Source: a virus (Duplodnaviria > Heunggongvirae > Uroviricota > Caudoviricetes). From it: a stretch of 64,000 nt of DNA. Position numbers and translations under genes: made by a program. Location of the stretch: IMG/VR virus record IMGVR_UViG_3300037312_000757; one strand, written 5' to 3'. The notes beneath the pieces were generated by a model. The model did no database searches. It was not told the DNA's origin and worked only from the letters and a program-made list of their open reading frames with translations. This document shows, in pieces, positions 8,466-18,590 of the stretch; within the stretch, counting starts at the first letter, position 1, and every line of letters starts with the position of its first letter.

Positions 8466-9713
8466 TTATACCGCAGCTGATTTGCCTTCGTAAAGTACCT
8501 GCGGTTCTTTGCCTTCACGAATGGTTTCTTCTGTAATTACAACCTTGTTGGCACCAGTAGCCACAAGGTCAGGAAGCTTGAATTGAATTTCCATCAGCGC
8601 ACGTTCAATCACGCCACGCAGACCGCGAGCGCCAGTTTTGCGCTTGATGGCCAGCTCAGCTACTGCTTTCAGTGCTTCTGGTGAGAACTCAAGTTCGACA
8701 CCTTCCAATTTAAACATATTTGTGAACTGTTTCACAATTGCGTTCTTTGGCTCGGTCAACACACGTACCAATTGTTCGCTGCTCAGTTCTTGCAATGGTG
8801 CAATAATTGGCAAACGACCAATCAGTTCAGGAATGATACCAAAGTTCATCAAATGTGATGGTTCAACTTTACGCAGCAATTCGTTCTGATCTGCTGACAC
8901 TGTCAAGTCTGCACCAAAACCAAGACCACGGTTTTTGTTCAGTGCCTTCTCAACCACCTTGTCAACGCCCACGAAAGCGCCACCAACGATGAACAGAATG
9001 TTCTTGGTGCTGATCTTTACGAGTTCTGCGTTTGGACCTTTCTTGCCAGCTGGTGACACCATGATATCGGATCCTTCGATTATCTTCAGCAATGCTTGCT
9101 GAACACCTTCGCCGGATACGTCACGTGAACCAGAAGCCGAATCCTTCTTACTCTTCTTGTCAATTTCGTCCAAGTAGATAATACCGCGCTGAGCTTTCTC
9201 AACATCGCCACCTGCATTTTGTAGCAAACGACCTACAATGCTTTCCACGTCATCACCGACATAACCGGCTTCAGTCAAGCCTGTTGCATCAGCGATAGCG
9301 AATGGAACGCTAAGGCAGCGTGCAATTGATTGAGCAATCAATGTTTTACCTGAGCCTGATGGGCCCAGGATCATGATGTTGCTCTTGTCAATTTCCACTT
9401 CGTTGATTATGGGATTGGCCAATCGCATGTAGTGATTGTGGACCGCTACTGCGATGACCATCTTCGCATAGTCCTGGCCAATAACGTATTGATCGAGGAA
9501 TTCCTTGATCTTGGACGGACTTGGAATGTCGCCCAAATCTGCCGCATTGCTGTTTGCTGACTTACCGTCACCATTTACGTTCAGGATGCTGTAGCAAAGA
9601 TCTACGCATTCATCACAAATATGGACGCTAGGACCAGCGATGAGCTTTTTAACTTCTTGGGCTCCTTTTGTACAAAAGGAGCAATGTAGATTTTGGTCGA
9701 CGTCAGACATCAA
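8466..9713 (-). CDS. clpX: ATP-dependent Clp protease ATPase ClpX
   Basis: CSFC..CDEC zinc domain, GPSGSGKT, EAGYVG, RDVSGEGVQQALLK, LGF loop, TGARGLR. Confidence 0.96.
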   Translation of the reverse strand: MMSDVDQNLHCSFCTKGAQEVKKLIAGPSVHICDECVDLCYSILNVNGDGKSANSNAADLGDIPSPSKIKEFLDQYVIGQDYAKMVIAVAVHNHYMRLANPIINEVEIDKSNIMILGPSGSGKTLIAQSIARCLSVPFAIADATGLTEAGYVGDDVESIVGRLLQNAGGDVEKAQRGIIYLDEIDKKSKKDSASGSRDVSGEGVQQALLKIIEGSDIMVSPAGKKGPNAELVKISTKNILFIVGGAFVGVDKVVEKALNKNRGLGFGADLTVSADQNELLRKVEPSHLMNFGIIPELIGRLPIIAPLQELSSEQLVRVLTEPKNAIVKQFTNMFKLEGVELEFSPEALKAVAELAIKRKTGARGLRGVIERALMEIQFKLPDLVATGANKVVITEETIREGKEPQVLYEGKSAAV

Positions 9714-9762
9714 AATTCCCTTTAAGTTTGGTAAAGGTATTTATGTAGTCCTAACGAAATGA

Positions 9763-11154
9763 TTACTTCAACCAAGGTGTATGACCTGGCTTTTGTGGCT
9801 CATCAACTTTGGCAACTTCGTCTTTAACTTCGTCGCTTTGCTTAATGTGCTCACCAATCACGTCAATCAGCTGTTGCAAGAATTCTGGACGGCTTTCCAG
9901 AATCTCGATAACACGCTGGTTGTCGTTAGGAGCACGTTGCGTACTTGGAGTCGAATCGTTTGTACCAGCCTCTTGTTGAGCCTCTGGTGCTGTCTGTGCA
10001 GCATTATTAGTATCAACCGTAACTTCTGGTGCGATTACATCTGCTTCGCGCAATACGGCGAGAATTTCTTCGTCGCTTTCTTGTTCTTTTGCCACTTCTT
10101 CTTGTACGAACGTTGGTTCCTGCTCGTCAACAACAGGCGCAGGAGCAGTGAACACTGGCTCAATGCGTCCATGCAAATCTGCTTGAGGTTGCAGGTTGTT
10201 TTGCTGCATAACCACTACTTCTGGTTGTGCAACTTGAGAAATTGCTTCATCAGCCACTTCATCAATCTTTACTGGCATACCACGTTCGTCACCCTTGTAA
10301 CCAGGCGCATATGCCATGCTAGGTGAAACCACACGCATTTCTTCATTTGTTTGAAGATCAGATGGTTTCGTGGCCAGCGCATCAAATGCAGCATTGACCT
10401 TTGCTTTTCTTTCTTCAGCCCATTCACCGAACGAGATTGTTGCGCTAATCAGCAGAATAACGGCTAGTGGGTCGAATGCAAACATAATGACAAGAATAAC
10501 TAGGCGTACTGCTTTGTCTGTGTCTTGCCAACCAAACAGCTGAGCAACATATTTCACTGGGCCAAGCTTTGCTTCGACTTCAACAGTCTGTTGCTTGAGT
10601 GGAAGAATATCAGCATTCAGCTTTTGAATTTGCGCATTGTTGTCATTCATCTGTTTCTGGATGCTTGCGCGTTCCTTGCCTTGACTTGAACGAACACGCA
10701 AACTCTGTGTCGTCTTGTTGTTCGCCATCAGTGCATCAACACTGGCGTCAAGTTGTTTGAGCTGAGTGGTCAGACGATTATTGTTGTCTGTCAGCATTTG
10801 AATTTGTTGCTGCTTTGCGTTGACTTGAAGTTCAACACCAGCAAGCGGTGCAGCCTGTTCCAAGTGACCCTTTGACAAGAAGCCGTAGATACCGATGGAT
10901 GTGATCAACATCAGTGCCAGAACAGCGGTTGTCAAGTATAACTTGTGAATAAGATTGACGTTCTTATTTTTCCAGTTAGCGTGTAGCCAACCAGCTGCCA
11001 CAAGCTTGGATGATTCGAGCACGATCCCCATAATCATGACTGGAATTGCGGTTGCTGCGAAAAGCGCAACCAGACCAGCGACGGAGAACCATGCTGCGGT
11101 TGCTGAGATTAGTAGAGCAAAAAGTATCGTTAAGATGCCAGAAAAGAGTTTCAT
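9763..11154 (-). CDS. Membrane protein with coiled coil and acidic tail
   Basis: Three N-terminal TM helices, TSIGIYGFLSK, GPVKYVA, FDPLAV; family typical of T4-like phages. Confidence 0.8.
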   Translation of the reverse strand: MKLFSGILTILFALLISATAAWFSVAGLVALFAATAIPVMIMGIVLESSKLVAAGWLHANWKNKNVNLIHKLYLTTAVLALMLITSIGIYGFLSKGHLEQAAPLAGVELQVNAKQQQIQMLTDNNNRLTTQLKQLDASVDALMANNKTTQSLRVRSSQGKERASIQKQMNDNNAQIQKLNADILPLKQQTVEVEAKLGPVKYVAQLFGWQDTDKAVRLVILVIMFAFDPLAVILLISATISFGEWAEERKAKVNAAFDALATKPSDLQTNEEMRVVSPSMAYAPGYKGDERGMPVKIDEVADEAISQVAQPEVVVMQQNNLQPQADLHGRIEPVFTAPAPVVDEQEPTFVQEEVAKEQESDEEILAVLREADVIAPEVTVDTNNAAQTAPEAQQEAGTNDSTPSTQRAPNDNQRVIEILESRPEFLQQLIDVIGEHIKQSDEVKDEVAKVDEPQKPGHTPWLK

Positions 11155-11261
11155 AATGTTGTTCTTGTGGTAGTGGTTTGTAATTATAGCGGTCTCACGA
11201 CCAGCCTAAAATATTTATAGGAACACAGAACTGATGAAAATCAAAAGTGGTTAACAGAATT

Positions 11262-11429
11262 TTACTTTCTGTCACGAAGAAGCTTGGCACATATGGCCTC
11301 AAGCTTCGCATCGGTGAGATGGTTTTGATACACGAGTTCGTAAAACTCGCGCAGTTTGTCACGATCTATGATACCAGCCTGGAATAGATCACAGGCCAGA
11401 TCATAGATGTCCTTCAGGATTGGTGTCAA
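11262..11429 (-). CDS. 55-aa protein resembling the N-terminal segment of XRE/COG2944 antitoxins, without HTH
   Basis: TTG start directly after the upstream TAA; MTPILKDIYDLACDLFQAGIIDRDKLREFYEL. Confidence 0.45.
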   Translation of the reverse strand: MTPILKDIYDLACDLFQAGIIDRDKLREFYELVYQNHLTDAKLEAICAKLLRDRK

Positions 11430-11987
11430 TTAAGCAACTACAGTTACGGTGATTTTCGACAGAGCTGTTGTCATATCAGCGGCGAGCGCACCTGCGGTGA
11501 CCTGACCAATACGTTGATCGCAATAGTCGGCTGTAACGGTAACACCGTTTTGCAGGCTGTTCGTCTTTGTTGGATCGTAATAGGAAACCTGAGCATTGTA
11601 TGTGGTTGCCATCACTTCAGCAACAACATATTGCACAGCGGCCGAGCCGGTCAGTACATTCCCGCTCGCATCAGTAGTTGTTACTGCTGCATCGCGTTCA
11701 AAATAAACGTCAAACGCAAAAGTGGTTGCATCAGTGTCCATAGCCGCACCAGTTGCAACAATGTTGCTGACGTATGGATTCGCCATCAATGCCATGGATT
11801 GGAGAATGAATTTCCAGCGCAAATTACCCTGAACCTTAGCCAGTGAGTGGCTCAGATCGAAGTCTGATGGTTGTGTGCCAGCAGCCAGATATTGGGCGGG
11901 AGTAGTGTTATCGACGAAGCCCAGGTTCTGTTGCTGGCTTGTGTCCACCGTGTAGGCGGCGATAGAAACGTTGTAAATGGTTGTCAT
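11430..11987 (-). CDS. Probable virion structural protein
   Basis: GGAG SD; AATAAATA late promoter; A/T/V-rich composition. Confidence 0.65.
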   Translation of the reverse strand: MTTIYNVSIAAYTVDTSQQQNLGFVDNTTPAQYLAAGTQPSDFDLSHSLAKVQGNLRWKFILQSMALMANPYVSNIVATGAAMDTDATTFAFDVYFERDAAVTTTDASGNVLTGSAAVQYVVAEVMATTYNAQVSYYDPTKTNSLQNGVTVTADYCDQRIGQVTAGALAADMTTALSKITVTVVA

Positions 11988-12123
11988 GGGAAGTTAGCTC
12001 CTCTAATTTCAGTATTTATTATGTGCCACTTTTTATAAATGGATTGGTGAAACCAGTTTTCACACAAATTGACACATCAACTAAATCAATGTTACAAATA
12101 CAACCCTAATTTGAGAAACAAAT

Positions 12124-14001
12124 ATGGCAAATGATAAAATCGTAAAACTCACTGAAGCCGGTCACGCTCGAGTTCGTACCGAGATGTACCTTGGCTCACG
12201 TGATCCACACACTCAAGTCGTTCTGCAGTATGAAAACGGCCAACCATATGCTGAAGAGCAAACATGGATTCCAGCCGTATTCACCGCATTCCGCGAAATC
12301 CTCGACAACTCACTGGACGAGGTAGCCGGTCACGGCCATGGTGACCGTATTGACATCACTTACGATCCAGCAACAATGGTGTTCAGTGTTGCTGATAACG
12401 GTCGTGGTATTCCAATCGACTACAACGAAGAGCACCAAGTACACGCCGCCACGCTGGCATTGAGCCATGCTCGTGCTGGTCGTAACTTCGGTGAACGTGG
12501 ACAGCTTCGCGGCACCAACGGTATTGGTGCGTCTGTGGTGAACTTCTGTTCAGAATGGTTCCATTTGGATATCGAACGTGATAATCAAAGTTTCCATCAA
12601 GAGTTCTCAGAAGGGCCAACTCTCGATTCTGACCTGGTTGTTCAACCGCCAGTCATCAAGAAAAAGAACACAGCAAAGGCAACCGGTACCCGCGTATCGT
12701 TCAAGCTGTCAAGCCAAGTGTTCAAGGACATGACTCTGCCAGAATCGTTCCTGCAAGCTCGTATCTACGAAGTTGCTTTGTGTAATCCGAAGATCAAGAT
12801 CTATTACAACGGCACTAAAGTAGCCGTTAAAGCAGGTCTGGAAAAGAACCTATTCCCGGGCTTGAAGCCAATCCATATCGGTGTACAGGAAGGCACGTTC
12901 ACTAGTGACTTCTGGCTTGTCCCTAACTTCTTCGAAGATGGTGAACATCAACACTCACTCGTCAACTCGATTCCTGCGTTCGACGGTGGTGTCCACATGG
13001 ACACATTCAAGCGTTACTTCTTCTCTGGTTTGCTTACTGCGCTGGAACGTGAAAGCAAGAAGCGCAAGCTGCAACCAAACAGGTCAGACTTGGCAGATGG
13101 TTTGCTGTTGTATAACATCACAACCATGGATGCGCCAAACTTCAACTCACAAGCTAAGACGCGTCTGAACAACGAAGAAACGTCACATCATGTCAAGAAG
13201 GCACTTGATGATCCTGACTTCTTCAAGAACATCATCAAGAAGTATGGTGACTGGATCGACGCAGTTTACCAACGTTGTGCAGAACGCACGATGAAGAAGG
13301 ATGCGGCTGAAGCAAGCAAACTGGCTAAGAAGGTTCTACGCAGCAAGGTTGCGGGTTTGATGGACGCAAGTGGTAGCGATCGAAGCAAGTGTATTCTGTT
13401 CCTTGCTGAGGGTCTGTCAGCTATCAGTGGTATGGCTTCTGTGCGAGATCCAAAGATCCACGGTGGTCTTGGTCTGAAGGGTAAAGTGATGAACGTTCAC
13501 GGCGCTACTATCAAGGAAGTGCTTGAAGATGGTGCTCTACAGGACATTATGAATGCGGTTGGCCTTATTCCAGGTCAGAAAGCAAAGCGTGAAAATATGC
13601 GCTTTGGTAAGATCTATGTCGCACACGACATGGATCCTGACGGTCTAAACATCGGTGCTTTGCTTACCAACTTCTTCTACACATATTGGCCTGAACTCTT
13701 CGATCCAAAGCAAGAGCCGGTTGTACATGTTTTCATGACGCCGTTCATCATTGCTGAGAAGGGCAAACAACGTCAGTACTGGTACAGTGATAACCATCAC
13801 GAATTCGATCCCGAACAATACAAGGGCTGGAGTATTACTCGCGCTAAGGGTCTTGGTACGCTGACAGAAGAAGATTGGTCATATAGTCTGCAGACTCCCA
13901 AGCTTTTCCCGATGGTCGATGACGGTCAAATGGAGCAAACGCTTGACTTGATCTTCAACGGTAAACGCGCTGACGATCGAAAGAACTGGATTGGACTGTA
14001 A
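12124..14001 (+). CDS. DNA topoisomerase II ATPase/TOPRIM subunit (gp39+60/GyrB-like)
   Basis: EILDNS.D, DNGRGIP, GTNGIGAS GHKL motifs; LAEG, DMDPDG TOPRIM; KGLG. Confidence 0.95.
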   Translation: MANDKIVKLTEAGHARVRTEMYLGSRDPHTQVVLQYENGQPYAEEQTWIPAVFTAFREILDNSLDEVAGHGHGDRIDITYDPATMVFSVADNGRGIPIDYNEEHQVHAATLALSHARAGRNFGERGQLRGTNGIGASVVNFCSEWFHLDIERDNQSFHQEFSEGPTLDSDLVVQPPVIKKKNTAKATGTRVSFKLSSQVFKDMTLPESFLQARIYEVALCNPKIKIYYNGTKVAVKAGLEKNLFPGLKPIHIGVQEGTFTSDFWLVPNFFEDGEHQHSLVNSIPAFDGGVHMDTFKRYFFSGLLTALERESKKRKLQPNRSDLADGLLLYNITTMDAPNFNSQAKTRLNNEETSHHVKKALDDPDFFKNIIKKYGDWIDAVYQRCAERTMKKDAAEASKLAKKVLRSKVAGLMDASGSDRSKCILFLAEGLSAISGMASVRDPKIHGGLGLKGKVMNVHGATIKEVLEDGALQDIMNAVGLIPGQKAKRENMRFGKIYVAHDMDPDGLNIGALLTNFFYTYWPELFDPKQEPVVHVFMTPFIIAEKGKQRQYWYSDNHHEFDPEQYKGWSITRAKGLGTLTEEDWSYSLQTPKLFPMVDDGQMEQTLDLIFNGKRADDRKNWIGL

Positions 14002-14012
14002 TGGTTTAAATA

Positions 14013-14372
14013 GTGGTAGTTAACTATCACTATTTGAATAACGTGATCATCGTACAGAACACAATAGCTGAATTGAGCCCAAAAGCTTCCGCACAGGACG
14101 TGGGCTCTGTAGTATGCGCAGTAGTACACAATTCACCAGTCATGATGATGCGGTCTTATCAAGACACCATCATTGCGCAACGGGAACGAATCATAAAGAA
14201 GATGTTCCCATTCGTGGAATGGGCTAGTGACAATTGTGAAAGTGGTTGGTGGTTTGAATGTGACATGGAACTGAAGTGGACACGCATCAAGTTACATTTC
14301 TCATCAAACGCAGATGCCGTGAAATACAAGTTGAGTGGTCCCGATGCTGTCAGTTTTAACATGACGGTGTGA
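14013..14372 (+). CDS. FKLxW-family small protein
   Basis: EWASDNC...FSSNADAVKYKL. Confidence 0.65.
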   Translation: MVVNYHYLNNVIIVQNTIAELSPKASAQDVGSVVCAVVHNSPVMMMRSYQDTIIAQRERIIKKMFPFVEWASDNCESGWWFECDMELKWTRIKLHFSSNADAVKYKLSGPDAVSFNMTV

Positions 14373-14734
14373 TAATGGACTTGCTTGCTAACATTCACTT
14401 GTTTGAGGACAAGAACTTCAAGAACAGATTGTCATCTCGTTACTGGATTGACACTTTGCTCGATGAAATATCATCAGAAGAGTTGGCTGAAGCTTTTCAC
14501 TCCACCTGTCCACATATTGTAGAAGTCAAGCATCATATGAAGATAGCTGACATATACAGTATCTGGAGTGAGCACCATGTTCACAAAGCCTGGTGTAAAG
14601 ACCACACTAGTGGCTTCTGGATGGATGCAAATTTCCCTGCTCGACTAGGCATTCATCCAATGCGCATCTTCAGCTATGTGTTTGGCTTTCAAGAGATAGC
14701 TGACGCAGTAATGTTTCGACTCGCTTTTTGCTAA
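14369..14734 (+). CDS. FKLxW-family small protein
   Basis: AWCKDH...FQEIADAVMFRLAF. Confidence 0.72.
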   Translation: MIMDLLANIHLFEDKNFKNRLSSRYWIDTLLDEISSEELAEAFHSTCPHIVEVKHHMKIADIYSIWSEHHVHKAWCKDHTSGFWMDANFPARLGIHPMRIFSYVFGFQEIADAVMFRLAFC

Positions 14735-14761
14735 TAATCACAAAAACAACAATAATACGAT

Positions 14762-16123
14762 ATGGCTACAAAACAAACACAACCATCAACTAGCGATTAT
14801 ATCAAGGACACATCACGTGAATACTCAATTTACGTGTGTGAATCACGAGCAATCCCTTCAGTAGCAGACGGTCTGAAAGATGGCCCTCGCAAAGCACTGT
14901 GGCTCATGCGCTCACGCAGCGACAAGATCAAAACGGTTTCACTTGCGGGTGAAATGATCAGTTCTGGCCTGTACGTTCACGGTGACATGTCAGCATCAGA
15001 CTCAATATCAAAGCTGGCGGCACCCTTCATCAATAACATTCCTATGCTGGAAGGTATTGGTGCATTTGGTACGCGTGTTGCCCCAATCGAAGGTATTGGT
15101 GCCCCACGTTACACCTACGTCAAGCGTGCAAAGGCAGCTGATATGCTGTTGTTCCGTGACTTGGATGTTGTTCCTCTCGAAGACAACTACGATGGCTCCG
15201 TAAAGCAGCCACAACACTTCCTTCCACTCGTTCCATTAGTTCTGTTGAACGGCGTTGAAGGTATTGCCGTGGGTTGGTCAACCAACATCCTGCCTCGCAA
15301 TCTGAAGAAGCTCATTGCAGCAACTCAGCAAGTGCTTGATGGCAAGGAGCCAAAAGGGCTTGAGCCACACTACGATTACCTAAACGTTAGCGTAGCAAAC
15401 CTTGATACCAATATTTGGGAATTCACAGGTCAAGTTGAGATCGTCAATACCTCAACAGTGAAAATTTCCGAGCTTCCTCCAGGTATGTCACTCGACAGCT
15501 TCCGCAAGCGTTTGGTGAAGATGGAAGAGGAAGACAAAATTGTCACGTTCGTCGATGACAGCACTAAAGTCATTGATATCCGCGTAACCTTTAAACGTGG
15601 TGAGCTCAAGGGTTGGACCGAAGAAGACGTGATCAATTTCTTCAAGCTGCGCCAGAAAGAAACTGAACGTATTGTAGTCGTTGACTGGAACGGTTCAAGC
15701 ATTCGTCAGTATGACAGTGCTGAAACACTAGTCAAGGAATTCGTGCAGTGGCGTTTGGGCTGGTATGTCAAGCGTTACGAGAAAATGCTTGACGACGATA
15801 GCTACGAACTTAAATACTGGCAGGGTGTGAAGGCGTGTTTTGATTCAAAGCTGCCAGAACGCCTCAGCAAGAAGACGGACAAGGCTGACATTGAAACAGA
15901 CGTTAGCACAGTCACAGCAAAGATTGGTCTAGATTCTTCGCAAATCGACAAAATCGTTAGTTTACCAACCTATCGATGGGCCAAGGATTTCCTTGAGACA
16001 GTGAAAGATCATATCACACGTCTCCAAGCAAACGTCAAGGACTACAAAGCAATTCTGAAGTCCCCAGATCGCATCAAGGAAATCTACAAGTCAGAACTTG
16101 AAGAACTTAAAAAGTTGAAATGA
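14762..16123 (+). CDS. DNA topoisomerase II breakage-reunion subunit (gp52/GyrA-like)
   Basis: RAIPSVADGLK, YVHGD, APRYT catalytic Tyr, LLNG.EGIAVGW. Confidence 0.95.
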   Translation: MATKQTQPSTSDYIKDTSREYSIYVCESRAIPSVADGLKDGPRKALWLMRSRSDKIKTVSLAGEMISSGLYVHGDMSASDSISKLAAPFINNIPMLEGIGAFGTRVAPIEGIGAPRYTYVKRAKAADMLLFRDLDVVPLEDNYDGSVKQPQHFLPLVPLVLLNGVEGIAVGWSTNILPRNLKKLIAATQQVLDGKEPKGLEPHYDYLNVSVANLDTNIWEFTGQVEIVNTSTVKISELPPGMSLDSFRKRLVKMEEEDKIVTFVDDSTKVIDIRVTFKRGELKGWTEEDVINFFKLRQKETERIVVVDWNGSSIRQYDSAETLVKEFVQWRLGWYVKRYEKMLDDDSYELKYWQGVKACFDSKLPERLSKKTDKADIETDVSTVTAKIGLDSSQIDKIVSLPTYRWAKDFLETVKDHITRLQANVKDYKAILKSPDRIKEIYKSELEELKKLK

Positions 16124-16371
16124 GTTACAATTTTGTTCTCGATCATATAACTGAAGACATATTCTTCAGTTTTTCTGAATTCCCTGATAACGGGGTTCAG
16201 TACTTGAAATGGTGTTTCCCTTCATTTCATGCATGGTTGACCGAGAACGAAATTGACTACAAAGTTCACTTCGAGTACAGAGCGCCATTCTCAACTGGCG
16301 GTGAAATTCGCGCACGATTAGAAGTCGAAAGCGAACAAGACGCCGTTCTTATCCGTTTGAAATGGAGCTGA
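16120..16371 (+). CDS. FKLxW-family small protein
   Basis: WLTEN...SEQDAVLIRLKWS; ATGA overlap. Confidence 0.75.
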   Translation: MSYNFVLDHITEDIFFSFSEFPDNGVQYLKWCFPSFHAWLTENEIDYKVHFEYRAPFSTGGEIRARLEVESEQDAVLIRLKWS

Positions 16372-16372
16372 C

Positions 16373-16702
16373 ATGATTCATCGTTTTCCGCAATATGGCC
16401 ACGCATTGTTGATCACTGGCGAAAACAAGCGTGAGCAAGGTAACTTCACTGAACGAGCACTTGCAGAGCTGGTATTGCATGAACGAGAATCTCATGTCAT
16501 CCGTCTACGTGTTTGGAAGTGCCGTTACATTACAGTCAAGGAAACTTTGCTGTATCAGCACTTTCAAACCGAATATCCGAGCATCTACGCTGTTTACGAG
16601 AAGCAGTATGACGGATATAACTTCAACGCATTCACAGCCGAATACGTCATCATTCCTGACGTCACTGAGGCGATCCACTTCAAGCTGAAATACTTGTGCT
16701 AG
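16373..16702 (+). CDS. FKLxW-family small protein
   Basis: EAIHFKLKY. Confidence 0.72.
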   Translation: MIHRFPQYGHALLITGENKREQGNFTERALAELVLHERESHVIRLRVWKCRYITVKETLLYQHFQTEYPSIYAVYEKQYDGYNFNAFTAEYVIIPDVTEAIHFKLKYLC

Positions 16703-16956
16703 ATTTTGATACACTCACCGGTCTCTATGTGGCCGAAGTCCCATATCCAAAGGATTACGATCATTTCGTTGATATCTGTGAGTGGCTCAAAGACAATGCA
16801 CCAGATGATTACTCATTGCCAGTTAATGTGGTAACTCGTGCTACTTTCATAGACGAAGTGTGTTACACTCATGCCAAACCTGTAGTAGAACCAAAATGGC
16901 ATGTCTTCTTCGCTGACATTCATATTGCCGTTTGGTTCAAACTGACCTGGCAATAA
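16696..16956 (+). CDS. FKLxW-family small protein
   Basis: EWLKDN...IAVWFKLTW. Confidence 0.75.
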   Translation: MLDFDTLTGLYVAEVPYPKDYDHFVDICEWLKDNAPDDYSLPVNVVTRATFIDEVCYTHAKPVVEPKWHVFFADIHIAVWFKLTWQ

Positions 16957-16958
16957 AA

Positions 16959-17627
16959 ATGACAACAAAGCTCCGGATCATACCAGCACCAATCACAATC
17001 TCAAATACGTTCATCTCAGCAGGTGATCAAACCATTCACATCCCGGTATCTCCGATTGGCCAATCAGCGGCCAACAACATCTCGCTCACCATCAACGGAG
17101 CAATGTATCCGTTGACTGATTACGGTAGCCATAATTACCACAACCCGTCATACTGTTTCTTCTATGACGGCCTTCAGGAATACCGAGCAGTGTACGGCGA
17201 TCTCTATATTGTCGATGGTGTCAACCTCGAAACAATCAAGATCTTCAATTTCTGGGGTAACGATGACTTCCTCAAGTGGTTCGAAGACAATTGTACCAAC
17301 GAAGTGTTCATTCAGAACTATGGCAGTCAACTATGGCGCTTCATCTTCCGAACGGTAGAAGAACATGATGCATTCAAAGCAAAGATTAGCAAGCAGCGTA
17401 ATCACAGTTTCAAGATTGAAGTCCCTGCTGATGTAAAGGTAGACTACTTTGTTAAGGAAGTAAGCGACTGGTGCATGGCTAACTTGCAAGATAAGTTCTT
17501 TGTTCGAGGCCATGATTGGTTTACCCACAACAACGCGCACATTACTGTCGAAGTCAAGGATGAAGCAGAAGCAGTTATGACCAAGATTGTGTGGGTTGAT
17601 GGAAATAAAGAAAAGGCGTTGCCATGA
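16959..17627 (+). CDS. FKLxW-family protein, tandem two-domain form
   Basis: KWFEDNC..EHDAFK and DWCMAN..EAVMTKIVW. Confidence 0.7.
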   Translation: MTTKLRIIPAPITISNTFISAGDQTIHIPVSPIGQSAANNISLTINGAMYPLTDYGSHNYHNPSYCFFYDGLQEYRAVYGDLYIVDGVNLETIKIFNFWGNDDFLKWFEDNCTNEVFIQNYGSQLWRFIFRTVEEHDAFKAKISKQRNHSFKIEVPADVKVDYFVKEVSDWCMANLQDKFFVRGHDWFTHNNAHITVEVKDEAEAVMTKIVWVDGNKEKALP

Positions 17628-17890
17628 ATTACAAAGACTGGGAAACCCCACGAAACACCGCCAAATCCGTTGCAAGTGTTCTAGTCGTACCGCAGTTCAG
17701 CTCAATGCCTGTGAATCGTACGGTGATACTCGGTAACAGCGACGACTTGAAATCTGCTCTGCAGTGGGCCAAGGATATGTATTACAAGATTCAAACGCAG
17801 AATCCCGTTGTCTATCAAGGCAAGGTTCGTGAAGCTGTGATTTTCAAGAAACAAAAAGACGCCGCGCTGTTCAAGATCGTGTGGGGTTGA
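17624..17890 (+). CDS. FKLxW-family small protein
   Basis: DAALFKIVWG. Confidence 0.75.
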   Translation: MNYKDWETPRNTAKSVASVLVVPQFSSMPVNRTVILGNSDDLKSALQWAKDMYYKIQTQNPVVYQGKVREAVIFKKQKDAALFKIVWG

Positions 17891-17891
17891 T

Positions 17892-18317
17892 GTGGATCTC
17901 TGGGTGGCAACTGACAGAGTGCTGGTGCGGAACGAAATTCTTGACGATGCCAAGGAATTCAGCCGACATATAGGACTGATCCCAGTGGCTTCGTATACCG
18001 TACGAAGCCTAGAATTCAAACATAGATGCATCACTTTCGAGAAGAACGGCGATGCTAATCTTTTCAAGAGTCAATGGATACCAATTATGACAGAAGTTGA
18101 ACAAAAGTTGCTGGAGAAGATGGAAAGCTTCCCGCACAAATTTTCCATTCCTTGGGTTGGAAAACGCTTGTACGAAATCAAGAGTCTGCTAGAATCGGAG
18201 CTAGGTGAACAAAACAAGGATTGGCAGTGGATAGCTAGTCCTGGCGAAGATTTCGCGATCACAATTGGTGCAAAGGACGCCACACAACTTGTAAAGGTAA
18301 GGCTTCTACTTTCATGA
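17892..18317 (+). CDS. FKLxW-family protein, two-domain form
   Basis: DANLFKSQW and QLVKVRL. Confidence 0.68.
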   Translation: MDLWVATDRVLVRNEILDDAKEFSRHIGLIPVASYTVRSLEFKHRCITFEKNGDANLFKSQWIPIMTEVEQKLLEKMESFPHKFSIPWVGKRLYEIKSLLESELGEQNKDWQWIASPGEDFAITIGAKDATQLVKVRLLLS

Positions 18318-18580
18318 AAACAGTCAAGGTTGATAGCTCGGCTCTGTACCTTCGTTTGAACGACGAAGAGAATATGGCCACGCTCGAGCCGGTTATCTCC
18401 GAGCCGTTGCAGCGTTGGTTGCAAGACAATGAAGTTGACGTGAAGGACATCACGCCACTGATTGGCACTGATGACGGACACATTGCGTTCTTCATCGAGT
18501 TTCACAACGATACAGATTCAGTAGCGTTCAAGCTTGGTTGGGACGGTGAATGCGAAACCGTTCCGAACAGAATAAAATGA
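18314..18580 (+). CDS. FKLxW-family small protein
   Basis: WLQDN...DSVAFKLGW. Confidence 0.75.
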   Translation: MKTVKVDSSALYLRLNDEENMATLEPVISEPLQRWLQDNEVDVKDITPLIGTDDGHIAFFIEFHNDTDSVAFKLGWDGECETVPNRIK

Positions 18581-18590
18581 AGACGCTATA

